Source: Pirellulales bacterium (GTDB taxonomy: Bacteria > Planctomycetota > Planctomycetia > Pirellulales > JAEUIK01). Taken from it: a stretch of DNA of 64,000 bases. A program made the translations under genes and the position numbers. Location: NCBI GenBank assembly GCA_019694435.1, contig JAIBBZ010000004.1:22922-86921 (forward strand), given 5' to 3'. Positions 9,401 through 16,938 of this stretch are shown here, piece by piece (position 1 is the first letter of the stretch; the number at the start of each line of letters is the position of its first letter). The notes beneath the pieces are model-generated. The model had not been told where the DNA came from. It searched no databases and was given only the letters and a program-made list of their open reading frames with translations.

Positions 9401-11634
9401 ACGTGCCCGGCGCCAACTACGTCGTCGAGGCGTATCGCAATACGCAAGTCGAATACACCGACACGTCCGACGAGGAGTCGCTGGCAATCGACGACTCGCT
9501 GTTCACGCTCGGGTCGAGCCGTTGGTCGGCACTCGGACATGCGGAGTCGACTGACTCGCCGAGCGTCGACAGCTTCACGCTCGATCTGACCGGCCAGACC
9601 GGCCGTTCGATCGACGTGGTGCTCGATGGGGCCTATGCGGCCGATTTCTCCGGCGGCGACACGATCGTCGAGTTGCTGGGCGTCGATGGCGTAACCGTCC
9701 TGGCCACGGCTTCGAGCGCTCCTGGCCCGTTCTCGCCCACCAACTATGACCAGGCCATCCTCGGCTTCCACGTGCCCGCCGGTGGGGTCTACACGCTCCG
9801 GGTCACCAGCTCGACGCCGGGCGACTACACGCTCACGGTGCTCGAGTCGCTCGTCTTCGACACGGAGACGAACAACGACCCGCTCGGCAATCCGCTGCGC
9901 AGTCTCCAAGGCGTCGATGGCGCGCTCGGCTGGCTCGATGCCCGGCCCGTGCCGCTGCTCGGCGATTTCGACTTTGTGATCGATTCGACACGCACCTTCC
10001 TGACCATCACGGGCACGGTCGCTGGCGAGGTCTCGATCGTCGAGCAATCGGCCGGCAGCCTGGTCGGCCATGCCGAGGGTACGGTTCACCTGACATTGAG
10101 CCCGGGCTCGATCCGGTTGCCCGGTGGCTCGAACATCGACTTCCTGCTGAAGCCGGGCAACTTCCGGCCGGGCAACGCTCCGGCGGACCTGGCCGGGAAG
10201 GCCGAGATTCTGCCCGGCACGTTTGCCTACGCGGCATTCCGTAACCTGGCTACCGACACCTTCGGGTCAGAGGTGGCGTTGAATCCCGACGGCACGTTCG
10301 ACGTGTCGAACCTGTTTGCCAACGTGCTGTCCGGAGTTCTCGACTACCAATTGCTCATCTTTTCCGGCTCCTCTTCGCTGAGCGGTTCCACCTCGGGCAC
10401 CAATCAAGCGACCGATCCGGGCATGCTGACCTCGACGCCGCTGGGCACGGAGATCCTGGTACCGATCGCGGCCGGATTCTCGCTGATCGAGCCCAACACG
10501 GGCTTCGAGGTGATCATCAATCTGATCGGGCAGGTGGTTGCCGTCGGGCCCAGCACCGAAGGACTCGATCCAAGCGACGCTTACGAATTTGATCTGGCCG
10601 AAGGCCAATCGGTGACGTTGTGGACGGAAACGCCGCTCGACGGTTCGGGCCTCGAGCACACGCTCGATCCGACGTTGCGGATTCTGGCCCCCAATGGCGA
10701 CGAGTTGCTGTTCGACGACAACGGCGCCGGCGATGGGAAGAATGCGCAACTCAGCTTTACAGCCACGAGCGGTGGCACCTACCGCGTCGTGGTCGGCTCG
10801 CACGGAGGCCGCGGCGAGTACTTGCTGCGCAGCGAAATCGACGAGCCACCCCAGGTCGTAGGGGTCGAGGTTGCGTCGACGAACTGGTATTCGAACTTTT
10901 ACGATTACCTGGTCGACAAGGGATTCGGTGCCGCGGGATATGCCGTGCCGGACGGGCCCGATCAGCTCGATCCGCTGCCCTGGTCGAATATCGATCAGGT
11001 CAAGATCACCTTCAGCGAAGACGTTGTCGGGCTCGATGCAGACGACCTCCGGGTTTACGCCGGTACGGGGCCGGAGCCCGTCGTCACCGACTTCAGCTAC
11101 GATGCGACTACGCACACGGGAATTTGGACGTTCCAGGATCCGTTGCAGCCGGGTAAATTCCTGGTCCATCTCGCCGACTCCCTGCACGATGACGCGAACC
11201 AGGCGCTCGACGGCGATTGGACGAACCCGCTGGGTGGCACGAGCGATGCGTTTCCCTCGGGCGACGGCACCGCGGGCGGTGCTTTCGACTTCCGGCTGAA
11301 CGTCCTGCCCGGCGACGTGAATCAGAACGAGGTGATCAATGTGGCCGACATGAGCAGTGTCTCCGGCCGGTTGAACACCTATGCGGGCATGGATAAGTAT
11401 TCGCCCCGGGCCGACATCAACGGCGACGGCAAGATTAACATTGCCGACCTGATGAGCGTCGTGAACCGCGTACGCACGGCGCTGCCTCCGGCGGAACCCA
11501 CCCCGCCGCCCGAGTTGGCAGCAGCGCTCGACGTGGCGGGCAGCCTGGACGTTGACAGCCCGGTCGCATCGGCCGCCGCGGCCCAAGCTGCCAGCGATCG
11601 CGCCTTTGCAAACGACCTGTGGGACGAACTGTAA
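409..11634 (+). CDS. Giant secreted subtilisin-like serine peptidase (S8 family, ~3740 aa) with multiple pre-peptidase C-terminal (PPC) domains, Ig-like and beta-propeller-like regions, and a C-terminal dockerin
   Basis: Single uninterrupted 11.3-kb ORF. An ATG at 409 is preceded by GAGGAG. S8 catalytic triad motifs are visible (VAVTDDG; DDHGTHVAGIIAA; GTSMATPNAAAVAALIW). At least 8 repeats match the PPC-domain pattern (D-x-Y/F-x-F ... G-x-Y-x-hydrophobic-hydrophobic, e.g. DYYQFQVATGQVIALSL, DWYDLQVNAGDELSLETS, FDSYSFAVNAGDELELTT). The C-terminus has a dockerin-type duplicated Ca-binding repeat (DVNQNEVINVADM ... DINGDGKINIADLMSV). The start codon choice is uncertain; the ORF opens at 334. 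Confidence 0.85.
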   Translation: MVATLGWKHRSLGLGSSQRRRKAVRPLKFAGESLEQRQLLSASSSTPELSAILKLAATRPFVSDEVVVAIRTPATGVNGDALTSDSISLADDPLNQLRLDGALDTSGAELLLADRSPLGEHLMLYTIPLRNGTTVAEGLARLAELPDVAWAAPNFIYSGDPRDLIPNDPLFGSQYHHSLMQNTLAWDITQGSASIIVAVTDDGVAISHADLNANIWTNPGEIPGNGLDDDGNSYVDDVHGWDFSSNDNDPNPVGSDDHGTHVAGIIAADTDNGLGVAGTAGDVTLLPVRFYGSGAWTSSVIAASYAYAIDNGARIISTSYNVDGFVGDPTFEAALDYLYDHGGLHFNSSGNNSQDNAPRTVYDQSLYVNSTTSSDTLSSFSNYGTRTDISSPGSDILSTVLGDGYGYKSGTSMATPNAAAVAALIWSQNPGWNRDQVAAQLLGTADDIDPLNPGFVGKLGTGRVNSYRGVSETLAAPRLRGLREVADGGVIFDPLGALTVDLFNLLDAASVNDPANWTLTGDGPDDAFGTADDLEVPLTLATNYQIGTNSLLFGVGAMPYDHYEFRAHSGGLVDPFGTPLDGAPGLAPGDDFVVSFDLVPEPIEWQRSAPGGSLGFEFRDAPALSSAELSLPAYILAGQQLTISAVPDDPGATVTITVRNSGGDLAVVSSPAAGIAALLEGFIVPADDSYEIVLTSDVPTGTALLATLNLAQESESLGLASNDVLGTAQSLDVFNYALGSHGASRLAVTGTTDFAAVGDYYQFQVATGQVIALSLAGGGDAAALALFDSAGVLRATNATASGNLAAQISEFFATSGGVYYARVQGDLGGGDGYTLVVTLDSGFDREPNNALLEANSVGIAQAALGAVLGGSPLPAEVEPNDDGLVGFSLNDLPLANDLSGSFLPLGGGQYRAIVTGVISTGNDVDWDFFKIVASPGDTLAVNLDGVSLADPYLLLFDHFGNLLAANDDYNGLNSFFQYSGFAYVGDYYIVADSYSSNTGSYTLTANLTTPALLGTGGFDSYSFAVNAGDELELTTLTPRVGAFPADNNLDPVIELYDPSGALVATSTNGFDGRNDLLLYNALATGRYTARVLAVSGRGEYFLDVAGATGNGDAPFVVAGLPPAGTTTNAFPGLFRLEFNEALDIASIDPSDFTLVGPVGSVHPDSVSASGAVLDLNFVGGDTGDGEYTIVVEAGVVEDLQQAGNLPYAASFTVDRLAPVITASNILQNEIVPAGVLDSIVLQFSESLDGMQLDASDVSLVEVGLGLGAITPTSFEYNDLTHQVTVQYPPLAEGSYRFTVFSGFGQFADLAGNLLDGERNVATTVPSGNGTPGGNFVLEFAADVTVAPYPTPLEAKEPLGSLIYDPTAKGAIDYSGDVDSYTIDLDANQTISVVAVPRPVADLDLQSSFTIDSSRSTLLISGDLSGLPFEEQSPGSQVGTLAGELNVQIVGGLMSLLGGNVDFVDQAGPFLPGNAPGDFAVLVDLGVGDLFARAVSRGLAGTIDPMAFTLNPDGTFDPAGFALTATAGQFEYELPPLASGSELLAGLSLVVQPGGVGSVAIVGDHQELTVPFEALVTDDVFGLTLTLHVVGQIVATAPLPPAPLDLQVTLRDPSNNVVATADTHGPNLAEWIQAAGPTTAGQYTIDVSSSDGSTGVYELRVVLNAGIETETYGGATNDTAATAQSLQGTFLNLGEGITRGAVLGQLEASQYSQSHTQTNNAYYPNTLLFSFTDATPPVGDALLHIDAIADLDATSEYFSLYAEGYFLGNVFVDDGQQLALVSTTVAIPQSVLAQLAADGVVNIELTPTINVDFLGDTSVTLTLDYNADGGGQYDYYKVNVSAGTSLSIAATSLDGKDLDFDLMLGNFVLASGAHLASNVSAAIDNFVPPFTTTLTIRVDGERNQDYSLVVVRNGALSLENNDDPSLAQDITGQHGVLGHVSQPGGPIFDGADRPLGGAIVDTGLVLPDIAAVPRSTRQLADHPEDLLGSVASAGTTQQLVAADSPLDDGPIPLLTHFAGPTDGRFVPPDSTMAAGPEQVVAIVNTRIGIYDKVSGAELFSQDFSGPSGFFGSVGATTSVFDPWIVFDPDSKRFFAVGIDIASSNESNVFLAVSKDSTPTGGDDWWKYKLNFTDFTAALGSGAHFPDYEKLSVDGDAVWISGNYFPISSGSGVYAGITALDKASLLSGGPATIVYDEKFSGFSVFPVQHYGDAGAQYFVESTNGSGSTLRIHAITNVLTSPTRVATTLAVPSYGFPVDVPQFGSSSLADSVDSRIMTGVWRDGSLWVAHSITEPTVGDGENVVRWYQIETNGFGGGGLPALVQAGNVDPGPGEHAWMPAITVDGRGNMGLAFALGGPTQYFSAAYTGRLASDPAGTTVLPVSLLREGVGNYSSFRWGDYTGISIDPSDDATIWIFNEYAALGGQWATEIGAFQLQSPEDNDWYDLQVNAGDELSLETSIPADGLGEFVNLLDPRIELYDPNGELVASDDDSGAGVNALLTHTALLTGNYKIRVLAAAGTEGEYVLYTRGSTADDPAVEVIDVDPDNGQTLTAFPATVTLDFSEQVLDFSVDPGDVFIGGLPATGVHKIDGDTFEFTVNPEAYLGDGVYEVVVIGGGILDLQYSGIQPFNSTFIVDTAGPRIVATRFNGNTLDAHRVIDSGPLVFEAQFNELLATATSARRGLFAPGADDVHLVNVDTLQAYPVLSVAFDPGTLVFRATFGDLPEGSYELVLHSGDSGFEDLVGNDLDGEPLGPNFDGTTTGDGVPGGDYHLAFMVDLAEGQLAPFRRIDPLGGLALASLGTDDYSSELTQSNNVFSPNTLQFDFLQAVAPAGDAVLTLDAFADLDLPEEYLSVSAEGVPLGNVFVNDGQQLVLVTSQLVIPQGLLSTLAADGVIHITVTPSVSVNDLGGSSLALHLDYDGGAATTGVISYPGDADDFAFTAEGGESITARVSPNDPSALLTVEVVGISAVFGAAAPGAPVILPLTVLPADGTYQLRVTGDVPGANYVVEAYRNTQVEYTDTSDEESLAIDDSLFTLGSSRWSALGHAESTDSPSVDSFTLDLTGQTGRSIDVVLDGAYAADFSGGDTIVELLGVDGVTVLATASSAPGPFSPTNYDQAILGFHVPAGGVYTLRVTSSTPGDYTLTVLESLVFDTETNNDPLGNPLRSLQGVDGALGWLDARPVPLLGDFDFVIDSTRTFLTITGTVAGEVSIVEQSAGSLVGHAEGTVHLTLSPGSIRLPGGSNIDFLLKPGNFRPGNAPADLAGKAEILPGTFAYAAFRNLATDTFGSEVALNPDGTFDVSNLFANVLSGVLDYQLLIFSGSSSLSGSTSGTNQATDPGMLTSTPLGTEILVPIAAGFSLIEPNTGFEVIINLIGQVVAVGPSTEGLDPSDAYEFDLAEGQSVTLWTETPLDGSGLEHTLDPTLRILAPNGDELLFDDNGAGDGKNAQLSFTATSGGTYRVVVGSHGGRGEYLLRSEIDEPPQVVGVEVASTNWYSNFYDYLVDKGFGAAGYAVPDGPDQLDPLPWSNIDQVKITFSEDVVGLDADDLRVYAGTGPEPVVTDFSYDATTHTGIWTFQDPLQPGKFLVHLADSLHDDANQALDGDWTNPLGGTSDAFPSGDGTAGGAFDFRLNVLPGDVNQNEVINVADMSSVSGRLNTYAGMDKYSPRADINGDGKINIADLMSVVNRVRTALPPAEPTPPPELAAALDVAGSLDVDSPVASAAAAQAASDRAFANDLWDEL

Positions 11635-11902
11635 ATCGCGGCGTCCCAGTCGGCGCGCTGCCGTCGGCAAGAGCTGCGAAATATGGCCGGAAAAGTGCGA
11701 GCAAAAACTTGATTTGGCGATTCGATCGGGTATAAGTACGAGGCCAATTGGGGCCGTATTCGGGGCCACTCGATTTGACTGGCCGGGATATCCGGTAGAA
11801 AGGCAGGAGCGAAGCTACTGAGAACACTGATGTTTCTGCATTGCTGTGCCCATCGCGGCAACGTTTGTTTCAGCTGCATTAACTTCATCGGGGGTTCTCA
11901 GA

Positions 11903-12583
11903 ATGTCTCGCTTTCCTGCGGTTCGCGTTTGCTTTGCCTGTTCACTGATCTTGGTCGTTACAGGCAGTCTGCCTGAGCGCGTTGCGGCCGATCAGCTCGC
12001 CTTGTCCGGCGTCGATCTGGTTTGGGATACGCTGGCCCCGTCGCCCACCTTCAAGGTGAGTGTCAAGAACAATACTGATAGCGATCCGGTGGCCGATTAT
12101 CTCAGCGGCTTCCAGCTCTTTCTCAAGATCCAGCCCACGCCGACGGCGGTCGGTACGCTGGAATTCGACAACCCGAGCGCGCCGAGCGATTACCTGCTCG
12201 ACGGCAACAGCCTGGGCCTGTCGAACACGATTGGTCCGCCGGACGAAATGTTCTCGTTCGACGTGACCTTGCCGCCCAGTTTGGGCGGCAGCGGACCGAT
12301 TCCCGTGCCGACCACGCTGGCGGGCCTAGTGCAATTCGAATTCATCAAGTCGGCGAATGCGCTGGGCACCTTCCAGATCGTGGCGGCCAACGGCCAGCAA
12401 GGTTCGCTGTGGACGGGAAACGAAAGTCTCGATCCTGCTTCGCGACACTTTGCCAATTTGCCGTTTTCGAGTGAGCTCGTGTTGGGCACCGTAACGATCG
12501 TCCCGGAACCGGCAACGATCGTACTCGCCTTGACCGGTTTCGCGGCGATTGGACTCATGGCTCGACGCCGCGCACCGCGCTAG
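11903..12583 (+). CDS. PEP-CTERM sorting-domain protein (secreted, exosortase substrate)
   Basis: N-terminal signal peptide (MSRFPAVRVCFACSLILVVTGSLP). C-terminal PEP-CTERM motif: VPEPATIVLALTGFAAIGLMARRRAPR (PEP, a TM helix, then an Arg cluster). The in-frame ATG at 11903 is chosen over the ORF start at 11846. Confidence 0.7.
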   Translation: MSRFPAVRVCFACSLILVVTGSLPERVAADQLALSGVDLVWDTLAPSPTFKVSVKNNTDSDPVADYLSGFQLFLKIQPTPTAVGTLEFDNPSAPSDYLLDGNSLGLSNTIGPPDEMFSFDVTLPPSLGGSGPIPVPTTLAGLVQFEFIKSANALGTFQIVAANGQQGSLWTGNESLDPASRHFANLPFSSELVLGTVTIVPEPATIVLALTGFAAIGLMARRRAPR

Positions 12584-12880
12584 GTACCGCCGGGGGGCTT
12601 GGTGTGTTCGAGCCCTGAGTGCCAGTCGGCAGGTCGGCTTTAAGTTCACTGCCGTGTTCGTTCGTGCCCGCGGCCGCCGGAGCGAACGAACGCGGCTGCG
12701 CCCGACGGGATCGGCAGCATTCTGCACGCGATTGTCGTAGCGAGCGTGTCGCAACTCCGCGCCGCGGCTGGTCGAGCGAATGCCCCCGGCACGCGCCGCC
12801 GCGTGCTCCTGGTCGGTGCCGGTGCATGATCCGGCCGACCGTGAACACGCTTTCACATTGGGCGCCTCCGCTGCTGGTCC

Positions 12881-14209
12881 GTGCTAGAATCGCCCCCGCA
12901 TTTTGAGGCGATTCTCTCCTGGCAGGGTGCAACCTTGAATCGACGCGATTTTCTGCGAGTCGGCGGCGCGGCCGTGGGTGCGGCAGCCTGGCAGTCCTTG
13001 AGCCCCTCTTCGGCGCCCGCCGCGGAGTCGCGCAAGAAGCTCGCCATCGTGACCACCGAATGGCGTTACCACTCGCATGCCTGGCACATGGGCGAGCGGT
13101 TTCTCGTGGGCTATCCGCGGCAAGGTCACTGGCACCAGCCGCCGTTCGACGTGGTGGCAGCCTACGTCGATCAGTTCCCCGAGAATGATCTGGCGCGCGC
13201 CCGCGCCCAGGAATTCGGCTTTACGATCTACCCGACCGTGGCCGAAGCGGTCCGCGCCGGTGGCCGATCGATCGGCGTCGACGCCGTATTGATCATCGGC
13301 GAGCACGGCAACTATCCGAAGAACGAGTTCGAGCAAACGCCCTATCCGCGCTACGAGTTTTTCAAGCAAGTGGCCGACGTCTGCCGTGCCGAGCAGCGGC
13401 CGTTGCCGGTGTTCAACGACAAGCACCTGTCGTGGAAGTGGGCCTATGCCAAGGAGATGGTCGACACCGCCGCCGAGCTGCGGATGCCCTTCTTGGCCGG
13501 CTCGTCGCTGCCGGTCACGTGGCGCATGCCGTCGATCGACTTGCCTTTCGGCGCCGAGGTCGAAGAGGTGATGTGCCTGGCCATGGGGGGCATCGACAGT
13601 TACGACTTTCACGCCCTGGAGGTGATCCAGTGCATGGCCGAGCGGCGCCGCGGCGGCGAATCGGGCGTGGTGGCGATGCACGCCTTGCGCGGGCCGGCCG
13701 TTTGGGCCGCCATGGAACGTGCCTCTTGGGCCGATGGCGGTTGGGACCCACGGCTGTTCGACGCCTGCATTGCCCGCAGCCAGACCTTGGCCCAGCCGGA
13801 CACGTTCAGCCACCGTCGGCCGACGCCCGAGCAGATGCGCCAGTTCGTCGCCGATCCGGTGGCCTATCGCTTTGAGTACGCGGACGGTCTCAAGGCGACC
13901 ATGTTTCTCATGAACGGCCTGGTCAACGATTTCACGTTTGCCGCGCGGCTGGCCGGCCAGGACGAGCCGCTCTCGACCTTGTTCTACCTGCCGCCGAATC
14001 CCAACGTGACGTATTCGGCCGCCTTGATGTCGAAGGCCGAAGAGTTGTTTCTCACCGGCAAGCCGGCCTACCCGATCGAACGCACTCTCTTGACCACGGG
14101 CCTGGTCGAGGCCGCATGCCATTCGCTCAAGCGCGGCGCGCGGATCGAAACGCCCTACCTGGCAGTCAAGTACCAGGCCCCGCGCGAATCGACGTTCTGG
14201 CAAACCTAG
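12881..14209 (+). CDS. Hypothetical periplasmic protein with twin-arginine (Tat) signal
   Basis: Tat motif NRRDFLRVGGAAVGAAAW near the N-terminus. No domain recognised. The GTG start at 12881 is uncertain; a TTG at about 12938 is an alternative. Ends 22 nt before the next gene on the same strand. Confidence 0.6.
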   Translation: MLESPPHFEAILSWQGATLNRRDFLRVGGAAVGAAAWQSLSPSSAPAAESRKKLAIVTTEWRYHSHAWHMGERFLVGYPRQGHWHQPPFDVVAAYVDQFPENDLARARAQEFGFTIYPTVAEAVRAGGRSIGVDAVLIIGEHGNYPKNEFEQTPYPRYEFFKQVADVCRAEQRPLPVFNDKHLSWKWAYAKEMVDTAAELRMPFLAGSSLPVTWRMPSIDLPFGAEVEEVMCLAMGGIDSYDFHALEVIQCMAERRRGGESGVVAMHALRGPAVWAAMERASWADGGWDPRLFDACIARSQTLAQPDTFSHRRPTPEQMRQFVADPVAYRFEYADGLKATMFLMNGLVNDFTFAARLAGQDEPLSTLFYLPPNPNVTYSAALMSKAEELFLTGKPAYPIERTLLTTGLVEAACHSLKRGARIETPYLAVKYQAPRESTFWQT

Positions 14210-14231
14210 GCGGTCAGCGGGAGGCGCGGGC

Positions 14232-16805
14232 GTGAGATGGTTGCTGATATCCGCCGTGCTGTGGTCCGCCTGCGCGCATGGCGCGCACGTCGCGGCCGAA
14301 GAGTCCCGGTCCGTTTGGGAAAACACGCGACTGCGCGGCACGCCCGAGCCGCCTGCGCCCTACACGGTCGAACGAGCATTCTCGCGCGTCACCTGGCCAG
14401 CGCCGTTGTACGTAGCCCCCGTACCGGCGAGCAACGAGCTGCTAGTGATCTTGCAAGGCGGCGAGGCTGAACGTCCGGCGCGGATCGTGTCGCTCGAAAA
14501 CCGGGACGAAGCGGAAAAGTTCGAGACGCTGCTCGAAGTGCCCGGCCGGATCGTCTACGCCTTGGCCTTCGACGCGCGCTTTGCCGAGAACGGGGCGTTG
14601 TACGTCTTCAGCAACGGACCCACGGGCCAGTCCCAGCGCGTCGACCGCGTGAGTCGCTACACCGTCCGGCGCGAAGCGCGGCTCGCGCTCGATTCTGCGA
14701 CCGAGCAAGTGATCCTCGAATGGGATTCGGCCGGACACGACGGTGGCGACCTGGCTTTTGACGCCGACGGGATGCTGCTGATTGCCGCAGGCGACGGGTC
14801 GTCCGATTCCGACACGCTCGAGACGGGCCAGAACCTGACCGACCTGTTAGGCACTATTCTGCGCATTGATGTTGCCCACCCCGATGGCGAGCGGCCCTAT
14901 CGAGTTCCGCCGGACAACCCGTTCGTGAATGTTCCAGGCGCGCGCGGTGAGATTTGGGCGTACGGCCTCCGCAATCCCTGGCGGATCGACTGCGATCGCG
15001 CGACCGGCGAGCTCTGGGTCGGCAACAACGGGCAGGACCTTTGGGAGACTGCGCATCTGGTGCGTCGTGGCGACAATCTGGGCTGGAGCGTGTACGAAGG
15101 CAACCACCCGTTCTATCTGCACCGCATCCCCGGGCCCACACCGGTGGTGCCGACGACGATTGAGCACTCGCACGCCGATTTTCGCTCGCTCACCGGGGGC
15201 GTCGTGTATCACGGCGATCGATTCCCCGAGTTGGAGGGCGCTTATGTCTACGGCGACTATTCGACCGGTAAGATTTGGGCGGCCCGCCACCGCGACGGTC
15301 AGATCACCTGGTCGCAGGAGCTGGCCGACACCACCTTGCAGATCACCGCCTTTCGCGTCGATCAGCGAGGTGATCTGCTCGTGGTCGATCACGGCGGCGG
15401 CATCTTTCGCCTGGCGCGCAACATGGCGCCCGACGCGCCGATCGAGTTTCCGCAAACGCTGAGCGAGACGGGCTTGTTTGCCGCGGTTGCCGAGCACCGG
15501 CCCGCGCCGGGGCTCGTGCCCTACACAGTCAATGCGCCCGGCTGGGCCGATGGCGCCGACGCTGAACGGTTTCTCGCGCTGCCGGCCGAGGTCCGCATCG
15601 ACTTCAAACCCACGGGAGGTTGGGGGTTCGACGAGGGTGCCGTGCTCGTGCAGACCCTCGCACGCGAGGGGCGCCGGCTCGAAACTCGCCTGCTCGTGAA
15701 GCACCAAGGCGAATGGGCCGGCTACAGCTACCGCTGGAACGAGGCTCAAACCGAGGCCGAGCTGGTCCCCAAGTCGGGCGCCGACACCGACGCTTGGCAC
15801 TTTCCGAGTCGTGCCGAGTGCCTTGCGTGTCACTCGCGGGCCGCGAACTTCGTGCTCGGGCTCAGCGAAGCGCAGGCGAACGTCGTCGAGCCCGACGGGA
15901 CCTCGCAGTTGAGTCGCTTTGAGCAGCTCGGCCTGTTTCGCGAGCCGCTTGCCCGGCCGCCTGGCGAGTCGCCGCACCTGGTCGATCCGCGCGATTCGGT
16001 CGCGCCATCCGGCGATCGGGCCCGATCTTATTTGCACGCCAACTGCTCGATGTGTCACGTGGCCGCGGGCGGCGGCAATGCACGTATGGAGTTGGGTTTT
16101 GGCACTGCAGTTGCTGAGATGCATTTGATCGAGGCCCGACCGCAGCACGACACCTTCGGACTGGTCAACGCGATGCTCGTGGCTCCCGGCCAGCCCGAGC
16201 AATCGGTGCTGTTGCATCGTCTGTCGCGGCGCGGCCCGGGCCAAATGCCGCCGCTGGTCAGCCGGCGCGTCGACGAGCAAGCCGTGGAGCTGTTCCGCGC
16301 GTGGATTGCCGAGCTGCCGCCCACGCGCCCGTTTGTCCGCGCCTGGACTTTGGCAGAATCCCAAGCGGCCCTGGCCGCAGAGATCGATCAAACGACGCAC
16401 GAAAGCGGGGCCCGGCTGTTTCGAGAGATCGGCTGCGCCGAATGCCATCGGCGCGGCGCCGAGGGGCGCGGCATGGGGCCCGATCTGACCGACGTTGGTC
16501 GACGGTTGAACGCCGACAAGCTCCTCGAATCATTGGTCGAACCGTCGGCGACGATTGCCGAAGGTTACGCCGCGGTCATTCTCGAACTCGACGACGGCCG
16601 CACCGTGACGGGCAAGATCGCCAGCGAAGACGAGCGGCGACTGGTGTTGCGTACGGGTCCAACCTACGGCGAGCAGGTCGTCATCGAGCGATCGACGATC
16701 GTGACACGTGGCATTTCGCCTGTATCGAACATGCCGACGGGCCTGTTGAACACCCTGACCCTGGACGAAATCGCCCAGTTGATCGCCTACTTGCGCACCC
16801 CGTGA
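14232..16805 (+). CDS. PQQ-dependent sugar (glucose/sorbosone) dehydrogenase-like beta-propeller fused to c-type cytochrome domains (planctomycete/verrucomicrobial membrane-bound dehydrogenase type)
   Basis: GTG start preceded by GGGAGG. Signal peptide. The N-terminal half has soluble quinoprotein dehydrogenase-like motifs (DGMLLIAAGDGSS, YGLRNPWRIDCD, WVGNNGQD). The C-terminal half has three CxxCH haem-binding motifs (CLACH, CSMCH, CAECH). Confidence 0.8.
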   Translation: MRWLLISAVLWSACAHGAHVAAEESRSVWENTRLRGTPEPPAPYTVERAFSRVTWPAPLYVAPVPASNELLVILQGGEAERPARIVSLENRDEAEKFETLLEVPGRIVYALAFDARFAENGALYVFSNGPTGQSQRVDRVSRYTVRREARLALDSATEQVILEWDSAGHDGGDLAFDADGMLLIAAGDGSSDSDTLETGQNLTDLLGTILRIDVAHPDGERPYRVPPDNPFVNVPGARGEIWAYGLRNPWRIDCDRATGELWVGNNGQDLWETAHLVRRGDNLGWSVYEGNHPFYLHRIPGPTPVVPTTIEHSHADFRSLTGGVVYHGDRFPELEGAYVYGDYSTGKIWAARHRDGQITWSQELADTTLQITAFRVDQRGDLLVVDHGGGIFRLARNMAPDAPIEFPQTLSETGLFAAVAEHRPAPGLVPYTVNAPGWADGADAERFLALPAEVRIDFKPTGGWGFDEGAVLVQTLAREGRRLETRLLVKHQGEWAGYSYRWNEAQTEAELVPKSGADTDAWHFPSRAECLACHSRAANFVLGLSEAQANVVEPDGTSQLSRFEQLGLFREPLARPPGESPHLVDPRDSVAPSGDRARSYLHANCSMCHVAAGGGNARMELGFGTAVAEMHLIEARPQHDTFGLVNAMLVAPGQPEQSVLLHRLSRRGPGQMPPLVSRRVDEQAVELFRAWIAELPPTRPFVRAWTLAESQAALAAEIDQTTHESGARLFREIGCAECHRRGAEGRGMGPDLTDVGRRLNADKLLESLVEPSATIAEGYAAVILELDDGRTVTGKIASEDERRLVLRTGPTYGEQVVIERSTIVTRGISPVSNMPTGLLNTLTLDEIAQLIAYLRTP

Positions 16806-16938
16806 CGGAAGGTAGAGTTTTGCTTGGCAGGCAGCCGTCCGGCAGGGTACGATTTTCCGTGTTGGCCCGCCGGTTTCCGCGCCACCGTTCCCCCCGCCTG
16901 AATCACCGACTTTCCGCCCCCCCTTGTCGGTAACCGCG

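Noticed and set aside
454-11769. Many long minus-strand ORFs antisense to the giant gene (454..2880 of 808 aa, 3805..4803, 5077..5787, 6604..10089 of 1161 aa, 10267..11769 of 500 aa) and plus-strand ORFs in alternative frames (e.g. 5288..5791, 5295..5981, 7304..7900, 8135..8827).
   Set aside because: Their translations are Arg/Gly/Ala-rich low-complexity with no motifs, and they lie entirely inside a gene with strong domain support. Stop-codon depletion from ~67 % GC explains them.
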